Positions 12,043-25,454 of a stretch of 64,000 nucleotides of DNA are shown here, in pieces (within the stretch, counting starts at the first letter, position 1; each line of letters starts with the position of its first letter). The position numbers and the translations under genes are program-made. Source of the DNA: Octopus sinensis. Its lineage: Eukaryota. Where the stretch lies: the NCBI RefSeq assembly GCF_006345805.1, contig NC_043020.1:17422001-17486000 (forward strand), read 5' to 3'. The notes under the pieces are model-generated. The model worked only from the letters and a program-made list of their open reading frames with translations, made no database searches and was not told where the DNA came from.

Positions 12043-13030
12043 GTACTCTCTCCTGAGGGAGAAAAAGAGGAGGGGGTACGGGGATGGGGGAGGGAAGGGG
12101 AAGGGGGAGGTAGATATATACATGCTTCTTCATTCTTTTCCTTTTTCTTCCTGTAGAAAACAGTGGCTCCAGACAGATACGACATTCTACTATGGCAGGA
12201 AAAACAGCCCGTTAATGGCCACAGAAGTGTCTTCCTCTCCAAAACTAAAAACATATCAGGCAAACAGGAAAAAATGCTCAGGTATGTTTCAATGATATGT
12301 TTATTTTTTTTAGTTTTACTTCTTTTTTTTTTCTTACCTTTATTTAATATCAACTGTGTGCAGCTTAGAACAAAGAATGGGCCCCTGTCCGATATTATGG
12401 TCCTCCAGATAATAAATAAATAGCTGTACTGCTTCAGGAGAAAGAGGTTAAGGACGTAAACCTTAAAATATATCTGAAATGGAGCCCCTTAAGATTGCCT
12501 GATGTTCAGCTTTCCTATCAAAGTAACGGAATGCATGGTATTATGAAACCCATGCCAAGGGCAGCGAGCTGGCAGGATCATTAGCACACTGGGAAAAATA
12601 ATCAGCAACATTTTATCTGTTCTAACATTCTGAGTTCAAATCTTACCAAAGTCAACTTTGCTTTTCATCCTTTCAGGGTCAATAAAATAAGTACTGGTTG
12701 ATGCAATTGACTTAGCCCCACCACTGTGCCAAAATTTGAAACCATTATTATTATTATTATTATTCGGAGAGGCACTGAGCAGCTATACGCACACATACAC
12801 ACATGGCAATAACTTCCACCTACCGAATTCAATCACAAAGCTCCAGTCAGCTCTGGGCTATAGTAGAAGACACTTGCCCAAAGTGCCACGCAGTGGGACT
12901 GAACCTGAAACCATGTAGCTAGGAAGAAAGCTCCCTAACCACACAGCCATGCCCATGCTAGCATGGAAAGCGGACGCTAAACGATGATGATGATGATGAT
13001 GATTATTATTATTATTATTATTATTATTAT

Positions 13031-13447
13031 GAGTGGTTGTGTGGTAAGTAGCTTGCTTACCAACCACATGGTTCCAGGTTCATTCCCACTGCGTGGCACC
13101 TTGGGCAAGTGTCTTCTACTATAGCCTCAGGCCAACCAAAGCCTTGTGAGTGGATTTGGTAGACAGAAACTGAAAGAAGCCCATCGTATATAAGCATATA
13201 TATATATGTGTCTATGTGTGTGTATATGTTTGTGTGTCTGTATGTCCCCCCCCCCCACCGACATCGCTTGACAACTGATGTTGGTGTGTTTAGGTCCCTG
13301 TAACTTAGCGGTTCGGCAAAAGAGACCGATAGAATAAGTACTAGGCTTACAAAGAATAAAGTCCTGGAGTCGATTTGCTCAACTAAAGGCGGTGCTCCAG
13401 CATGGCCACAGTCAAATGACTGAAACAAGTAAAAGAGAGTAAAAAGA
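13031..13447 (+). mobile_element. SINE family A
   Basis: Full-length match. Confidence 0.85.
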
Positions 13448-13719
13448 GGTTATAATGTGGTGAGCTGGCAGAATTGTTAGCATGCTGGATAAAATGCTTA
13501 GCAGTATTTCACCCATCTTTTCGCTTTGAGTTCAAAATCCACCAAGGTCGAATAAGTACCAGTTGAGCACTGGGGTTGATGAAATTGACTTACCCCTCCA
13601 CTTAAATTGCTAGCCTTGTGCCAAAATGTGAAACCACTATTATTATTATATAAGGCGAGCTGCCAAAATTGTTAGCCTGCCAGACAAAATACTTAATGGT
13701 ATTTCTTTACTCTCTGAGT

Positions 13720-13955
13720 AAGGCGGCGAGCTAGCAGAAACGGTAGCACGTCGGGCGAAATACTTAACAGTATTTCGTCTGCCGTTACGTTGTGAGTTCA
13801 AATTCTGCCGAGGTTGACTTTACCTTTCATCCTTTTCGGGGTCGATAAATTAAGTACCAGTTATGCACTGGGTCAATGTAATCAACTTAATACCTATGTC
13901 TGTCCTTGTTTGTCCCCTCTATGTTTAGCCCCTTGTGGGTAATAAAGAAATAGGT
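13720..13955 (+). mobile_element. SINE family B (long 3' form) nested in another family B copy
   Basis: ggcggcgagctagcag head and 3' gccccttgtgggtaataaagaaatagg; ctctgag flanks suggest a TSD. Confidence 0.7.
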
Positions 13956-14062
13956 ATTTCTTTACTCTCTGAGTTCAAATTCTGCTTAGGTCAATTTTGC
14001 CTTTTGGGGGTTGATGAAATGAGCACCAGTTGAGCACTGGGGTTGATGTAAACAACTTATAA

Positions 14063-14650
14063 ATAATAATAATAATGAAATTATTGTATACAGTGCTCAG
14101 GTGCACCACAACTTGTCAAAAGTGCGTATAAAGTATATGCAGTAATGTACAAATGTCTGGGAAGTGAACAGTGTATGAGTCAGGTACATGCTTGCATGTG
14201 TATGGAAGGGAGAAAATCAGGTATAGTGTTGGTGAATCTCAGAAAGCATGGAAGTTTTGAAGGATGCAGTGATCCGACAACTAACAACTGATGCGGGCAG
14301 TTTGTTCCACACTTCAGCAACTCTTAACATGAAAAAATGTTTCTGAAAGTCATGGGAGCTGTGCTGCTTTCTGACTTTGTAAACATGTCTATGGGTGTTA
14401 GACAGATGGAGTTTGAAAAGGTGCTCAGAGTTATTGTTTGTAAGATGGTTAATAATTTTATGGGTGTCTGCCAAGTCACCTGCCAGACGTCGGAGTTTCA
14501 ATGCATCCATGCCCAGGGAAGTAAGACGTTCAGAATATGGCAAATGCCTGATGGAGGGTATTGTCTTGGTTGCACATTGTTGAACGGCTTCCAGATGATT
14601 AATGTCCTGGGCAAGATAGGGGTTCCAGACCGGTGATGCAAATTCCAGGT
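14063..14650 (-). mobile_element. CR1-clade LINE 3' fragment
   Basis: ORF 14217-14543(-) MPYSERLTSLG...RVAEVWNKLP; (AAT)n tail. Confidence 0.85.
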
Positions 14651-14669
14651 GAGGTCATACCATAGCTAT

Positions 14670-15061
14670 GGATGGATGGAAGCACTTCGTCGGTTATGAC
14701 GATGAGGGTTCCGGTTGATCCGAATCAACAGAACAGCCTGCTCGTGAAATTAACGTGTAAGTGGCTGAGCACTCCACAGACACGTGTACCCTTAATGTAG
14801 TTCTCGGGGACATTCAGCGTGACACAGAGAGTGACAAGGCCGGCCCTTTGAAATACAGGTACAACAGAAACAGGAAGTAAGAGTGAGAGAAAGTTGTGGT
14901 GAAAGAGTACAGCAGGGATCACCACCATCCCCTGCTGGAGCCTCGTGGAGCTTTAGGTGTTTTCGCTCAATAAACACTCACAACGCCCGGTCTGGGAATC
15001 GAAACCGCGATCCTATGACCGCGAGTCCGCTGCCCTAACCAATGGGCCATTGCGCCTCCAC
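14670..15061 (-). mobile_element. tRNA-derived SINE, family C
   Basis: A box tggcccattgg, B box ggtttcgattcc; TSD accatagctat. Nearly identical to 22752-23138. Confidence 0.9.
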
Positions 15062-16029
15062 ACCATAGCTATATAAAGCCGCAGATAGATAGCCGGAGAG
15101 TGGCTCACCCAAACTTGCTGGCCGTGTGCCAAAGTTTGAAATCATGATCAAATTCATGTTACATGTGTTGCACAGTTCTATATTTAAGTTCTATATTTCT
15201 CTGCCTCTTTCATTCTTTCTAATTGCTCCCACCTCCCCTATGTTGTCTGTCCATATTTCATACAAATTGTCAATTGTAACTTTGTAACTAACAGTATCTT
15301 TTAACCCTTCAGCATCTTATGATAAGTCTTCTTGTCGCTCCATTACTTGGCCCATCCGTAATGCTTCAACACGATTTGTTGAAGGGGAGAAGGAGGGGAG
15401 GTGGTGGTGAGTGAAATGTGTAAATTTATTTTTAAATAAGTTTTTCTTTCTTCTGTTACTTAGCACATCTGTAACGCTTTCACGTGGTTAGTTGAAGCGA
15501 AAGGCAAAGAGTGAAAGAAAAAGGAAAGAGAAAAAGAGGGTAAGGCAAAGAGTGAGAGCGAAAGAAAAGGAGCATTGTGTATTAAGACTATAAAATTTCA
15601 CATAAAGTATATAAAATGTATAGATAAAGTGCATTAAGCAATCATCGTATTCCAATTTCCTTCACTTTTCAATGATTATCAGATGAGCGACTATCTTTTG
15701 AAACAGACACGACACAGACTACGCTTTCGGTTTTTTTGGATAAAGTTTTCAAAAATAACCCAATAAGTTTACCATTAATTCTGTGAAATATTCACGGGTC
15801 CCACTACTTCACATTATTCTATCTGAAGTAAGGCTTATTTATTGTCGGTGTTTTATATCAGTCATGCATTAACTTATAGCTTTGAGGTTTTGAAGAGGTA
15901 ACTGTAAATTTTAGAATGATATTGTAGGGTTGGTGTAAGGGGCCAGATCTGGTCAGTTTGAACATAAAACATGTAGAATATTTTGGCCAGATATGGCTGG
16001 TTTTATTGCTAAAGGGTTAAAATAGCTCC

Positions 16030-16410
16030 CTTCCCAACTACGTAGTTCCAGGTTCAGTCCCACAGCATGGTACATTGAGCACATATCTTCTACTATAGTC
16101 TTGGGCTGACCAAAGCCTTGTGGGTGGATCTGGTTGACAAAAACTGAAAGAGGCCTGTTGTATGTGCATGTTTGTGTGTGTGTGTTTGTGCCTGTGTTTG
16201 TCTCTCCTCCTTCCACTACAGTTTGCCAACCAGTGTTGGTGTGTTTACATCCCCTTAACTTAACATCTCTGGAAAAGAGACCAATAGAATAAATACCAGG
16301 CTTTAAAAGAATAATAATAAAATCCTGAAGCCAATTCATTTGACTAAAATTTCTGCAAGGTGGTACCCCAGCATGGCCACAGTCTAAAGACTAAGACAAG
16401 CGAAAGACAA
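16030..16410 (+). mobile_element. Diverged SINE family A
   Basis: Homology to 909-1328. Confidence 0.7.
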
Positions 16411-17386
16411 AAGATAAAAGACTTCCTCTTTTCTTCTTTTCATTTTCTTCTCACCTCCCCCTCTCTTTCCCTCTCTCTCCCTCTCTCTCTTTCCATTCTT
16501 CACTTCCACTTCTCTTTCTTCCTTGCCTGCTTTGGCATTCCCTCCACTTTCTTTTCTTTATAGCAAGCTTCTTTAATTATTCATATACTATTTGTTTTCT
16601 TTTATACTCATTCCACGTAATCTTAATTTTAAATTTAAATTCTTATCATTCACAACATGTTTCCTTAAACTTGGTTTCGAAAAAGGCTTTTTACCATTGC
16701 TGTAATTATTATAAATATCTCCCTGTTCATAAGCGATTTATGTTACCCAGTTTTTAACTCATTTTTGACTCACATTTAATCTTTAATCTTTTATCTTTAA
16801 CTTGTTTCAGTCATTAGACTGCAGCCATGCTAGGGAACCACACCGGAGAATTTTTTAGTTGAATGAGTCAACACACCAGGATTTTATTTTTAAACCCTGG
16901 AACTTACTCTATTGCTCTCTTTTGCTGAACTTCTAAGTTACAAGGACATAAACACACCAGTGCCAGTTGTCAATAGGTGGTGGGGGACAAACACAGACTC
17001 AAAGACACACACACATAGACATACATACGTACGTACATACATACATGATGGCTGCCCCCTTGTTATTGAGTATGGCCATTGCGCGAAGCTTAATCAATGT
17101 TGTTATCGTGCAATGCCCGTGCAAGAAGATTTTTTTTTAAAGTGAGGAAAGGCTGTGCACTGAGTCAATCCCACTCACTAAGCAACAGCAGCCATAATCC
17201 GAAAAGAAGAACAAGTCAACATCATCAGTAACCACTGAGACACAGGTTTTATGTCGGAGTTATCCCAGTTACCTGAGTTACCTTCTCCTAGAAGGATGCC
17301 CTAACAAAGGCTAGGAGTCCTTCACTCCCAATTGTTTAACTGCACGATCGAGTATTCAGTCCGATTATTTCTATGTCCCCCACACA

Positions 17387-17538
17387 TGATACAGCCTTAA
17401 GACATTTATTGGATGGCCTTAAGACCTGATACAGCCTTAAGACATTTATTGGATGGCCTTAAGACCTGATACAGCCTTAAGACATTTATTGGATGGCCTT
17501 AAGACCTGATACAGCCTTAAGACATTTATTGGATGGCC
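17387..17538. repeat. 40-bp tandem repeat, about 3.8 identical copies
   Basis: Unit tgatacagccttaagacatttattggatggccttaagacc at 17387, 17427, 17467 and 17507. Confidence 0.95.
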
Positions 17539-17744
17539 GTTGACTATCAAGAGTTCTTCCGCCCTTTGACGGGTTTTGTTTTTCATCCCGCAGGGTGTCC
17601 AATAAACACCCTCCTCACCAAGCAAGCTTGGTGGGGTTGCCGGTTAAGTCACCAACGACCCGACCATGCAACAGGTTGTACTGGGTTACATGTTACCAGT
17701 AGCACTCGAAAGTGACCTGACATACATACATACATATATACATA

Positions 17745-17942
17745 CATGAACACGACAACACAAGAAAACACGACAACGCAAGGATGTGGAACAAGTATAG
17801 TGTTATTGGATGCTCAGGAAAGGAAAGAAAGAAGGAGGATTTAACATTTCGAGCAGATCTCTTCATCAGAAACATAGAAAAAGAAAGATCCAAGGAAGAG
17901 AAGACGGACGAAAAAAATCATCAACGATACACACGCGGTCAC
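17745..17942 (-). mobile_element. Short PLE-type terminal element carrying a hammerhead motif
   Basis: Minus strand reads CUGAUGA-A-GAG[aucug]CUC-GAAAUGUUA at about 17842-17869. Homologous to 38620-38825(+) and related to 45230-45380(-). Confidence 0.6.
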
Positions 17943-17943
17943 A

Positions 17944-17988
17944 TCATACATACATACATACATACATACATGCATGCATGCATGCATG

Positions 17989-18052
<64 letters not shown>

Positions 18053-18201
18053 ACACAACACACACACACACCCACACACACACACACACACACACATACA
18101 TACATACATACATACATACATACATACATACATACATCATACATACATACATACATGCATGCATGCATGCATGCATACATATACATACATACACACACAC
18201 A

Positions 18202-18250
<49 letters not shown>

Positions 18251-18390
18251 ACACACACACACACACACACCACACACACCACACACACATACATACATAC
18301 ATACATACATACATACATCATACATACATACATACATACATACATACATACATACAACATACATACATGCATGCATGCATATATATAAAT
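17944..18390. repeat. Compound (CATA)n/(CATG)n/(CA)n microsatellite with an internal tandem duplication
   Basis: The block pattern repeats roughly twice; it is the source of the HT/YI/CV ORFs. Confidence 0.9.
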
Positions 18391-18780
18391 ACGGTTCCTG
18401 ATGAAGATAACATGGATGAAGAGACAGGCTGGAGAGTGGAACATTTTCCAATCGAAGTTGGATGTAGAGGATTTGTGGGACACAGTGTGAGGCGACTGTT
18501 GTTATTGTTAGGCCTAACTCATCGTAAAGTAAATACCATTATGACCGATATCCAAACTACAGTGGAGAAGGCTAGCCACTGGATTTGGTTAAAAAGAGAC
18601 AATGTGCAATGGCTAGAAGAATATTGAGCCTTATTTAATAACCAGTTGATCAAGCAAGCGGGGCCTCATATCAATGAGGAATGGGTGGGGTGGTACACAT
18701 TGATACCCTTGAGAGGTAGGCCCCAAAATGGTGTACATTCTCTCTTGATGACTCCATACACTTGCTGGCTTCCAGTATGC
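18390..18780 (+). mobile_element. Hero/NeSL-like (R2-group, restriction-like endonuclease) LINE 3' fragment
   Basis: TVPDEDNMDE...PIEVGCRGF...VEKASHWIWLKR motif. Confidence 0.75.
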
Positions 18781-19247
18781 GGAGCTTTCAACTGGTAGCA
18801 GTAAAATTTATTGATTTTATGGCGACCTCAAGTTTCACCTTTAATGATTTATTTAGCCAGCTTAGTTGAAGGAACACTTAAAAGCAAAATTTGATGTCCT
18901 CATCAAATCAATGCCTCCACTTCTTTGAAACTACTGGATTTGTTAAATATATAAACAGACTGGCAGCTTGTTTCTCTGGGACTGATCAAGTGAGGAAGGC
19001 ACCACTGACGAGAACTCAATAAGTTTTGAAACTCAATTAGCATTGTTCATTATCTATTTCAGTCTATATAGAGAAATAGTTTAACTTGACATATTTGCAT
19101 ATATACTACGTGGGTTTGCCCCCCCACACACACACACACATACATATATATATATATTCCTCATTCACTAGGGAGCTGTGCAGATGTAAGCTGAAATGAT
19201 TGCTCTGCTGAATAAAGCTTACAATACACTCTGTCTTCCCTATCAAT

Positions 19248-19322
<75 letters not shown>

Positions 19323-19394
19323 CAGATAGATAGATAGACATAGATATAGATATCATCAAAATATACAGTGTAATGATGCCATCTTGGAAATCTC

Positions 19395-19465
19395 CAGCAC
19401 GCATGCGCAGGGTTGGAATCTTCCGGAAGGCCTGCCGAAAGTTCCCTCATGCGCATGCGCAGAAA
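19395..19465. promoter_or_regulatory. Putative promoter core with NRF1-like and ETS-like motifs
   Basis: Perfect TGCGCATGCGCA at 19450-19461, ACGCATGCGCA at 19399-19409 and TTCCGGAAG at 19421-19429, inside a CpG-retaining non-repeat island. Confidence 0.4.
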
Positions 19466-20629
19466 ACTAGCAGCAGCGAAATTCTTTTGTATTTCTTTTT
19501 TTGACGCTAGCAGTTGAATGATACAGACGTGTCTCCAGCAGCCCTCTTGAGCTGCTACCTCGTGGCGCATCCTCGCTATGCTTGGACAGGCAGGATTGAC
19601 TCACTCCACTTGACTACTGCCGATAAGCTCCTAGGTTGCCGATTCGCCCAGAGGAAGGAAATGTTTATATCACGAATCAAAGAATAAGTATTTATACTGT
19701 TGAACTTAATGGAAAATCTTGACTCTTTCTTCAATTAATATTTGATGTAAAGGATGCGAGCAGCACCCATCCAGTGTGGGAATCTCTCATCCTGTTACAA
19801 CAGCATTAGAGATGCATCACAGCTGATTTTACCAATTGGTTTTGCACAGGATATTAGGTAATCAGATGATTATCTAATAATTGCATTCATCAGAGTTGGC
19901 AAGTATGAAAAAAAAAGAGGGCAACTATTCTCTGTTACTGGAGAGGAGGAAGTGTAATTCAATTCGTGGGTCCTGTGAAGAAAGCAAAACAGAGTCACAG
20001 GAAGCAATTAAGATGGAGGATTCATCAAAAGTTATGTTCCTTACACTCCAAAAAAACCCCTGAGTGGTGATTGCTAGCAAAAGTGAGTTGCAGTTGATAT
20101 GTGTGTACAGGGTTATTGAAGAGAAGTAATGGCAGCTTCCAAATTTTAACTTCATGTGTGGATGCATATGTGTATGCGTGTTTATGTGTTTAGTTTGGAG
20201 TGATCAAAACTTTGCTGAACTCTCAGGTTGTGATGATGGAGATCTTAGCATTTATAATCATGGTGGAACTTGTAGATAAGCAATCACATATTTTCTCTCA
20301 TGTGAGCACAAGCAAAAAATTTCACATATGCAGTTTAAGTAGGTGTCTGGTTGAAGAGATTTATTTTTTAATATAATTCTTTTCTTGACTATGAAAACAT
20401 GCATTAGCAATATGACTATGTAAAGATCATATTGCCAGTGCATACATTTCTTAATGGCAAAATGCCCCAACAAACTAGATACATATATTTATGCATATAT
20501 ATATACATATATATATAAATATATATGAATGTGTGTGTGGGTGAATATATATATTTATATATGTGTATATATACACACACACCACACACACACACACATA
20601 CATACATACATACATACATACATACATAC

Positions 20630-21215
20630 ACTCTCCCCACTCTCTCCACTCTCCCCTCTCTCTCCACTCTTCCCAATCTCCCCTCTCTCTCCACTCTCCC
20701 CACTTTCTCCACTCACCCCTCTTCCTCCACTCTTCCCTCTCTCACCACTCTCCCCTCCCTCTCCACTCTCCCTTCTCTCTCCATTATCCCTTCTCTCTCC
20801 ACTCTCCCCACTTTCCCCTCTCTCTTCCCTCTCCTCTCTCTCCACTCTCCTCTCTCCACTTCCCCTCTCTCTCCACTCTCCCTTCTCTCTCCACTCTCCA
20901 CTCTCCCTTCTCTCTCCACTCTCCACTCTGCCTTCTCTTTCCACTCTCCCTTCTCTCTCCACTCTCCCCCACATTCCCCTCTCTCTTCACTTTCCCCTCT
21001 CCACTTCCCCTCTCTCTCCATTCTCCCCACTTTCTCCCCTGTCCCCTCTCTCCCACTCACCCCTTGCTCTTCACTCTCCAGTCTTTCCATTCTCTGCTCT
21101 CTCTCGCCTGTCCCCTCTCTCTCCACTCTCTTCTCTCTCTCCACTCTCCCCCCTTTCTCCACTCTCCCCTCGCTCTTCACTCTCTCTCCTCTCCACTCTC
21201 CACCCACTCTTCCTC
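20630..21215. repeat. Degenerate CT-rich minisatellite (ctctccactctccc-type units)
   Basis: Direct inspection; it explains the S/P/L and E/R/G ORFs. Confidence 0.9.
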
Positions 21216-22751
21216 AATACTGCTCCCCAACTCAGTTGAATGGGGTGGGGTGCTGCCCAGCAAGTTGCTTGGTGACCTCACTGCTGTTGGTGCCACATAA
21301 AAAGCACCCAATACACTCTCTGTAGTCTGATCAGCATTAGGAAGGGCATCCAGCCATAGAAACCATGCCAATTCAGACAGCAGGGATTGAGCAATCTTCT
21401 AACTTGAGAGTTTCTGTAGAACCATCTAACCCATGCCAGCATGGAAAAACGGATGTTAAATGATGATGATGATGATGATGACAATGATGGTATAGGTACA
21501 TACATATTTCTTTACTACCCACAAGGGGCTAAACACAGAGGGGACAAACAAGGACAGACCAAGGGGTTTAAGTCGATTACATCGACCCCAGTGTGTAACT
21601 GGTACGTAATTTATCGACCCCGAAAGGATGAAAGGCAAAGTTGATTTCGGTGGAATTTGAACTCGGAACGTAACGACAGACGAAATACAGCTACGCATTA
21701 TGCCCAGCTTGCTAACATTTCTGCCAGCTCGCCGCCTTGGTATAGGTACATACATAAACACACAAACACACCTACACATAGGTACACACACATATAGCAT
21801 ATATATTGGGTATAAGACACGTTTTTTTTATTTCTAAATGTATCTAAAAATTGCTTTGCATGTAATGCAGCTGTTTTACAGATGGGAGATCGTGCGTTGT
21901 ATGTAGGTTAAGACGCCAGATAAACATAAGTCTGCCAGGCACAAAAATTGTTACTAATAATAAGATATTGAATGCAAATGGAAATAGCACAGTCAGCACA
22001 AATTTATGAAAAATTGCTTCTGGTATGCTGGAAGTTATATGGAAAGGTCACATCATCTTATTGTATGTCCTTCTCAAGCATTTGTCGCCCACCTCTGATT
22101 TGTATCTTAATCTTACATTATTTGATGACAGTGTTACCATTACTCTTTTACTCTTTTACTCTTTTGCTTGTTTCAGTCATTTGACTGCGGCCATGCTGGA
22201 GCACCGCCTTTAGTCAAGCAAATTGACCCCGGGACTTATTCTTTGTAAGCCCAGTACTTATTCTATCAGTCTCTTTTACCGAACTGCTAAGTGACGGGGA
22301 TGTAAACACACCAGCAAATTAAGGGGGTCGCCCACTAGCAGACTATTGATAATCGAACAGGTGAAGTTTTATCATGTGGAACTATAGTTAAATATTTTAA
22401 AACAATATTGCTATGCATACAGTTAAAGTTTAGGGTTATTCAAAAGATTATTAAGAAGAATATTATAACAAAAGGATAGAAATTTATGAATACTTTTGAG
22501 TATGTACCAAACTTTTGCCACAATAGAGGGAGGAAAAGAAATTATCCAGAAATAGTTTAATATTTATACATATTGTATACTTAAATACTAACTCATAAAT
22601 TCATACTAACTATAAATTCATAATTAGCTTATATAAAACTATACTGGTAAATTCACTACTTATAAAAAAATACTGCTTAGATTAAAATTTTATTAATATA
22701 TAGTTGCCCCAATACTCCTTTATTAATACCAGTATATAGCAATTAATCAAT

Positions 22752-23138
22752 GTGGAGGCGCAATGGCCCAGTGGTTAGGGCAGCGGACTCGCGGTCATAG
22801 GATCGCGGTTTCGATTCCCAGACCAGGCGTTGTAAGTGTTTATTGAGCGAAAACACCTAAAAAAGCTCCACGAGGCTCCGGCAGGGATGGTGGTGATCCC
22901 TGCTGTACTCTTTCACCACAACTTTCTCTCACTCTTACTTCCTGTTTCTGTTGTACCTGTATTTCAAAGGGCCGGCCTTGTCACTCTCTGTGTCACGCTG
23001 AATATCCCCGAGAACTACGTTAAGGGTACACGTGTCTGTGGAGTGCTCAGCCACTTACACGTTAATTTCACGAGCAGGCTGTTCCGTTGATCAGATCAAC
23101 CGGAACCCTCGTCGTCGTAACCGACGGAGTGCTTCCAA
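22752..23138 (+). mobile_element. tRNA-derived SINE, family C
   Basis: 11-bp TSD aattaatcaat (22741-22751 and 23139-23149); A and B boxes. Confidence 0.9.
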
Positions 23139-23149
23139 AATTAATCAAT

Positions 23150-23400
23150 ATTCACAGATACCATCTACCACAACAATATCTGGTCTCTGAGCATTGATTG
23201 GGGAATCACATTGGATTGTAAAATCCCACAGTATCTTATCTTCCTTGTTCTCAGTGACTCCTTCTGGTTCATGTTCGTACCATTTCCATGCTCTGTTCAG
23301 GCCATACTTTTCAGGCCGAACTTTTCCAGTGGATGAACTTAGCCACGTTGTCATGCCTCCTTTTGTAGTGCTTTTGGGCCAGCTTGCTACACTCACTCAC
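23150..23400 (-). mobile_element. R4/Dong-like LINE fragment (restriction-like endonuclease region)
   Basis: KWYEHEPEGVTEN...KILWDFTIQ...RPDIVVVD. Confidence 0.75.
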
Positions 23401-23406
23401 AATATG

Positions 23407-24696
23407 TGAGATTGTTTCAATAAGTAATGCCTCTGACCCACTTGCAGTTGTTTGATCTAGCTGAAATTTTGCATGTGCAATCATTTATATCTCTATAGAG
23501 TAAGTGGCAAATTACAGCTCTGAATTAATTGTGGTTTACTGATTTACAGGTGTTTGAACCGAGTCAAGTGTGAAATGGAGCCTGTTGAGTGTCGAGCAGT
23601 GATCCGGTTTTTGTATTTGAAAGGACGCACACCACGGGAGACTTTTGATGAAATGAAAGTAACTTATGGTGATGATGCCCCATCATATGACCTTGTAAAA
23701 CGCTGGCATCGTGAATTCAAACATGGTCGGAACTCTGTGGAAACAGCTCCAGATCTGGTCGCCCCCTTCTGCATTGATGAGGCATCTGTCCGTCAAGTTG
23801 AGGCTGCCATTTTGGAAGATCGACGCATAACTATTCGCCAAATAGCCCATGAGGTCAAGATTAGTACCGGGTCTGTGGAAACTATCATTCATGACCATTT
23901 GCATATGCAAAAGGTGTCTGCCAGATGGATTCCCAGGTTGCTCACGCCTTTCCAGAAGCAAGAACGCGTCAAGTGCTCGAGGGTGAATTTGGAGATGTGC
24001 CAAGAAGATGAGTCAAAATTTTTCAAAAGACTGATTACACAGGATAAAACCTGGGTCCATCACGATGATCCAGAGACCAAAGCCCAGTCAATGCAGTGGA
24101 AGCACCGTGACTCACCCCCTCCAAAGAAGGCAAGGGTGCAGCCCTCCGCTGGCAAGGTCATGCTCACAGTCTTCTGGGACCAGGACGGAGTAGTGATGAC
24201 AGATTTCCTGGCAAAGGGTACCACAATTGCAGGAGCCTATTATGCTTCACTTTTGAGGAAATTAAGAGAAGTTATCAAAATCAAGAGGCGGGGCAAGATC
24301 AGCAAATGCATCCTCCTCCTCAGGACAACGCTCCGGTCCACAACTCGCTTGTCGCCAGATCAGAAGCACAGGCGTATGGCTATGAACTCCTACCCCATCC
24401 CCCCTACTTTCCTGACCTTGCACCCTCTGATTTTCACCTCTTCCCAGTCATGAAGTTGTTTTTGAAAGGAAAGCGTTTCCCAGATGATGCAGCCTTGATT
24501 TCTGAAGTCGCATTCAGGTTGGAGGACCAAGCTGGGGTCTTCTACAAAAACGGTCTCCAGAGCTGCATCAAACAATGGGAGAAATGCCTAACTCTGGGTG
24601 GTTCCTATGTAGAAAAAGACTAATAACTGTGCCAAGTTTCGTTGCTCTACTGTTATGGGAAGTGGGTCAGGGGCATTACTTATTGAACGCCCCTCG
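23407..24696 (+). mobile_element. Full-length mariner transposon (DD34D), about 1.29 kb
   Basis: TIRs ...ttcaataagtaatgcc(t/c)ctgacccactt. Transposase 23575-24623 has WIPRLL, QDN...34 aa...PSD and PY(F)PDLAPSD, with frameshifts at about 23750-23770 and 24318. Confidence 0.95.
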
Positions 24697-25153
24697 TATA
24701 TATATATATATATACTTAGAAGAGGATGTGTGGTGCTTAATCATATAATAATATAAATAATATATATATATATATAATATATATATATATATGCATATAT
24801 ACGTATATATACATACATCTATACGTATATATATATAGGCATATATATAGACATATTCCTTTACCTCCTCTATTTCATCACCATTTGACCTGTTGGTATG
24901 TTGTAGATGAGTTGGACACGTCGCCTGGCTCACCAATAATCGGTCGACCTGCGCTGTCGTTGAGTGATACCTACATGAGCAGAAACGACCACTCAGAAGG
25001 CCTCCACGACGGTGGAGTTACGATTTCAGGAGGGCAATTGGGATCACGTGGATGAGGAAGGTGTGGTCCAGAGAGGAGTGGACAGCGTGCTGTGACCAGC
25101 AGTGTCAAATGGATGCCCGACGGACTGGTCAGTCAAAGTGATCACGTTGATAT

Positions 25154-25246
<93 letters not shown>

Positions 25247-25252
<6 letters not shown>

Positions 25253-25454
25253 TGTTATATTTCGGAATGGTCATATTGCCAGTTTAGCCAATAAAAACAC
25301 ACGCACTATATATTTGGTGTTATTTTGCTTCAGTGATATATAGTGCGTGTGTTTTTATTGGCTAAACTGGCAATATGACCATTCCGAAATATAACAATAT
25401 CTGTTTCAACACACGACTTCACATAAAAAATCTTGCACAACAAATATTTAAACG

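Noticed and set aside
17784-21325. 200-270 aa HT/YI/SPL-rich ORFs
   Set aside because: They are translations of CA/CATA and CT-rich simple repeats. Only the tail of 17974-18627 is real (LINE remnant).
22320-22740. Possible NUMT or viral fragment (very AT-rich unique stretch)
   Set aside because: I could not recognise any mitochondrial or viral protein or RNA motif in any frame. BLAST would be needed.
22752-22825. tRNA gene
   Set aside because: It is the tRNA-derived head of a SINE with a body, tail and TSD. The same applies to the other SINE heads.
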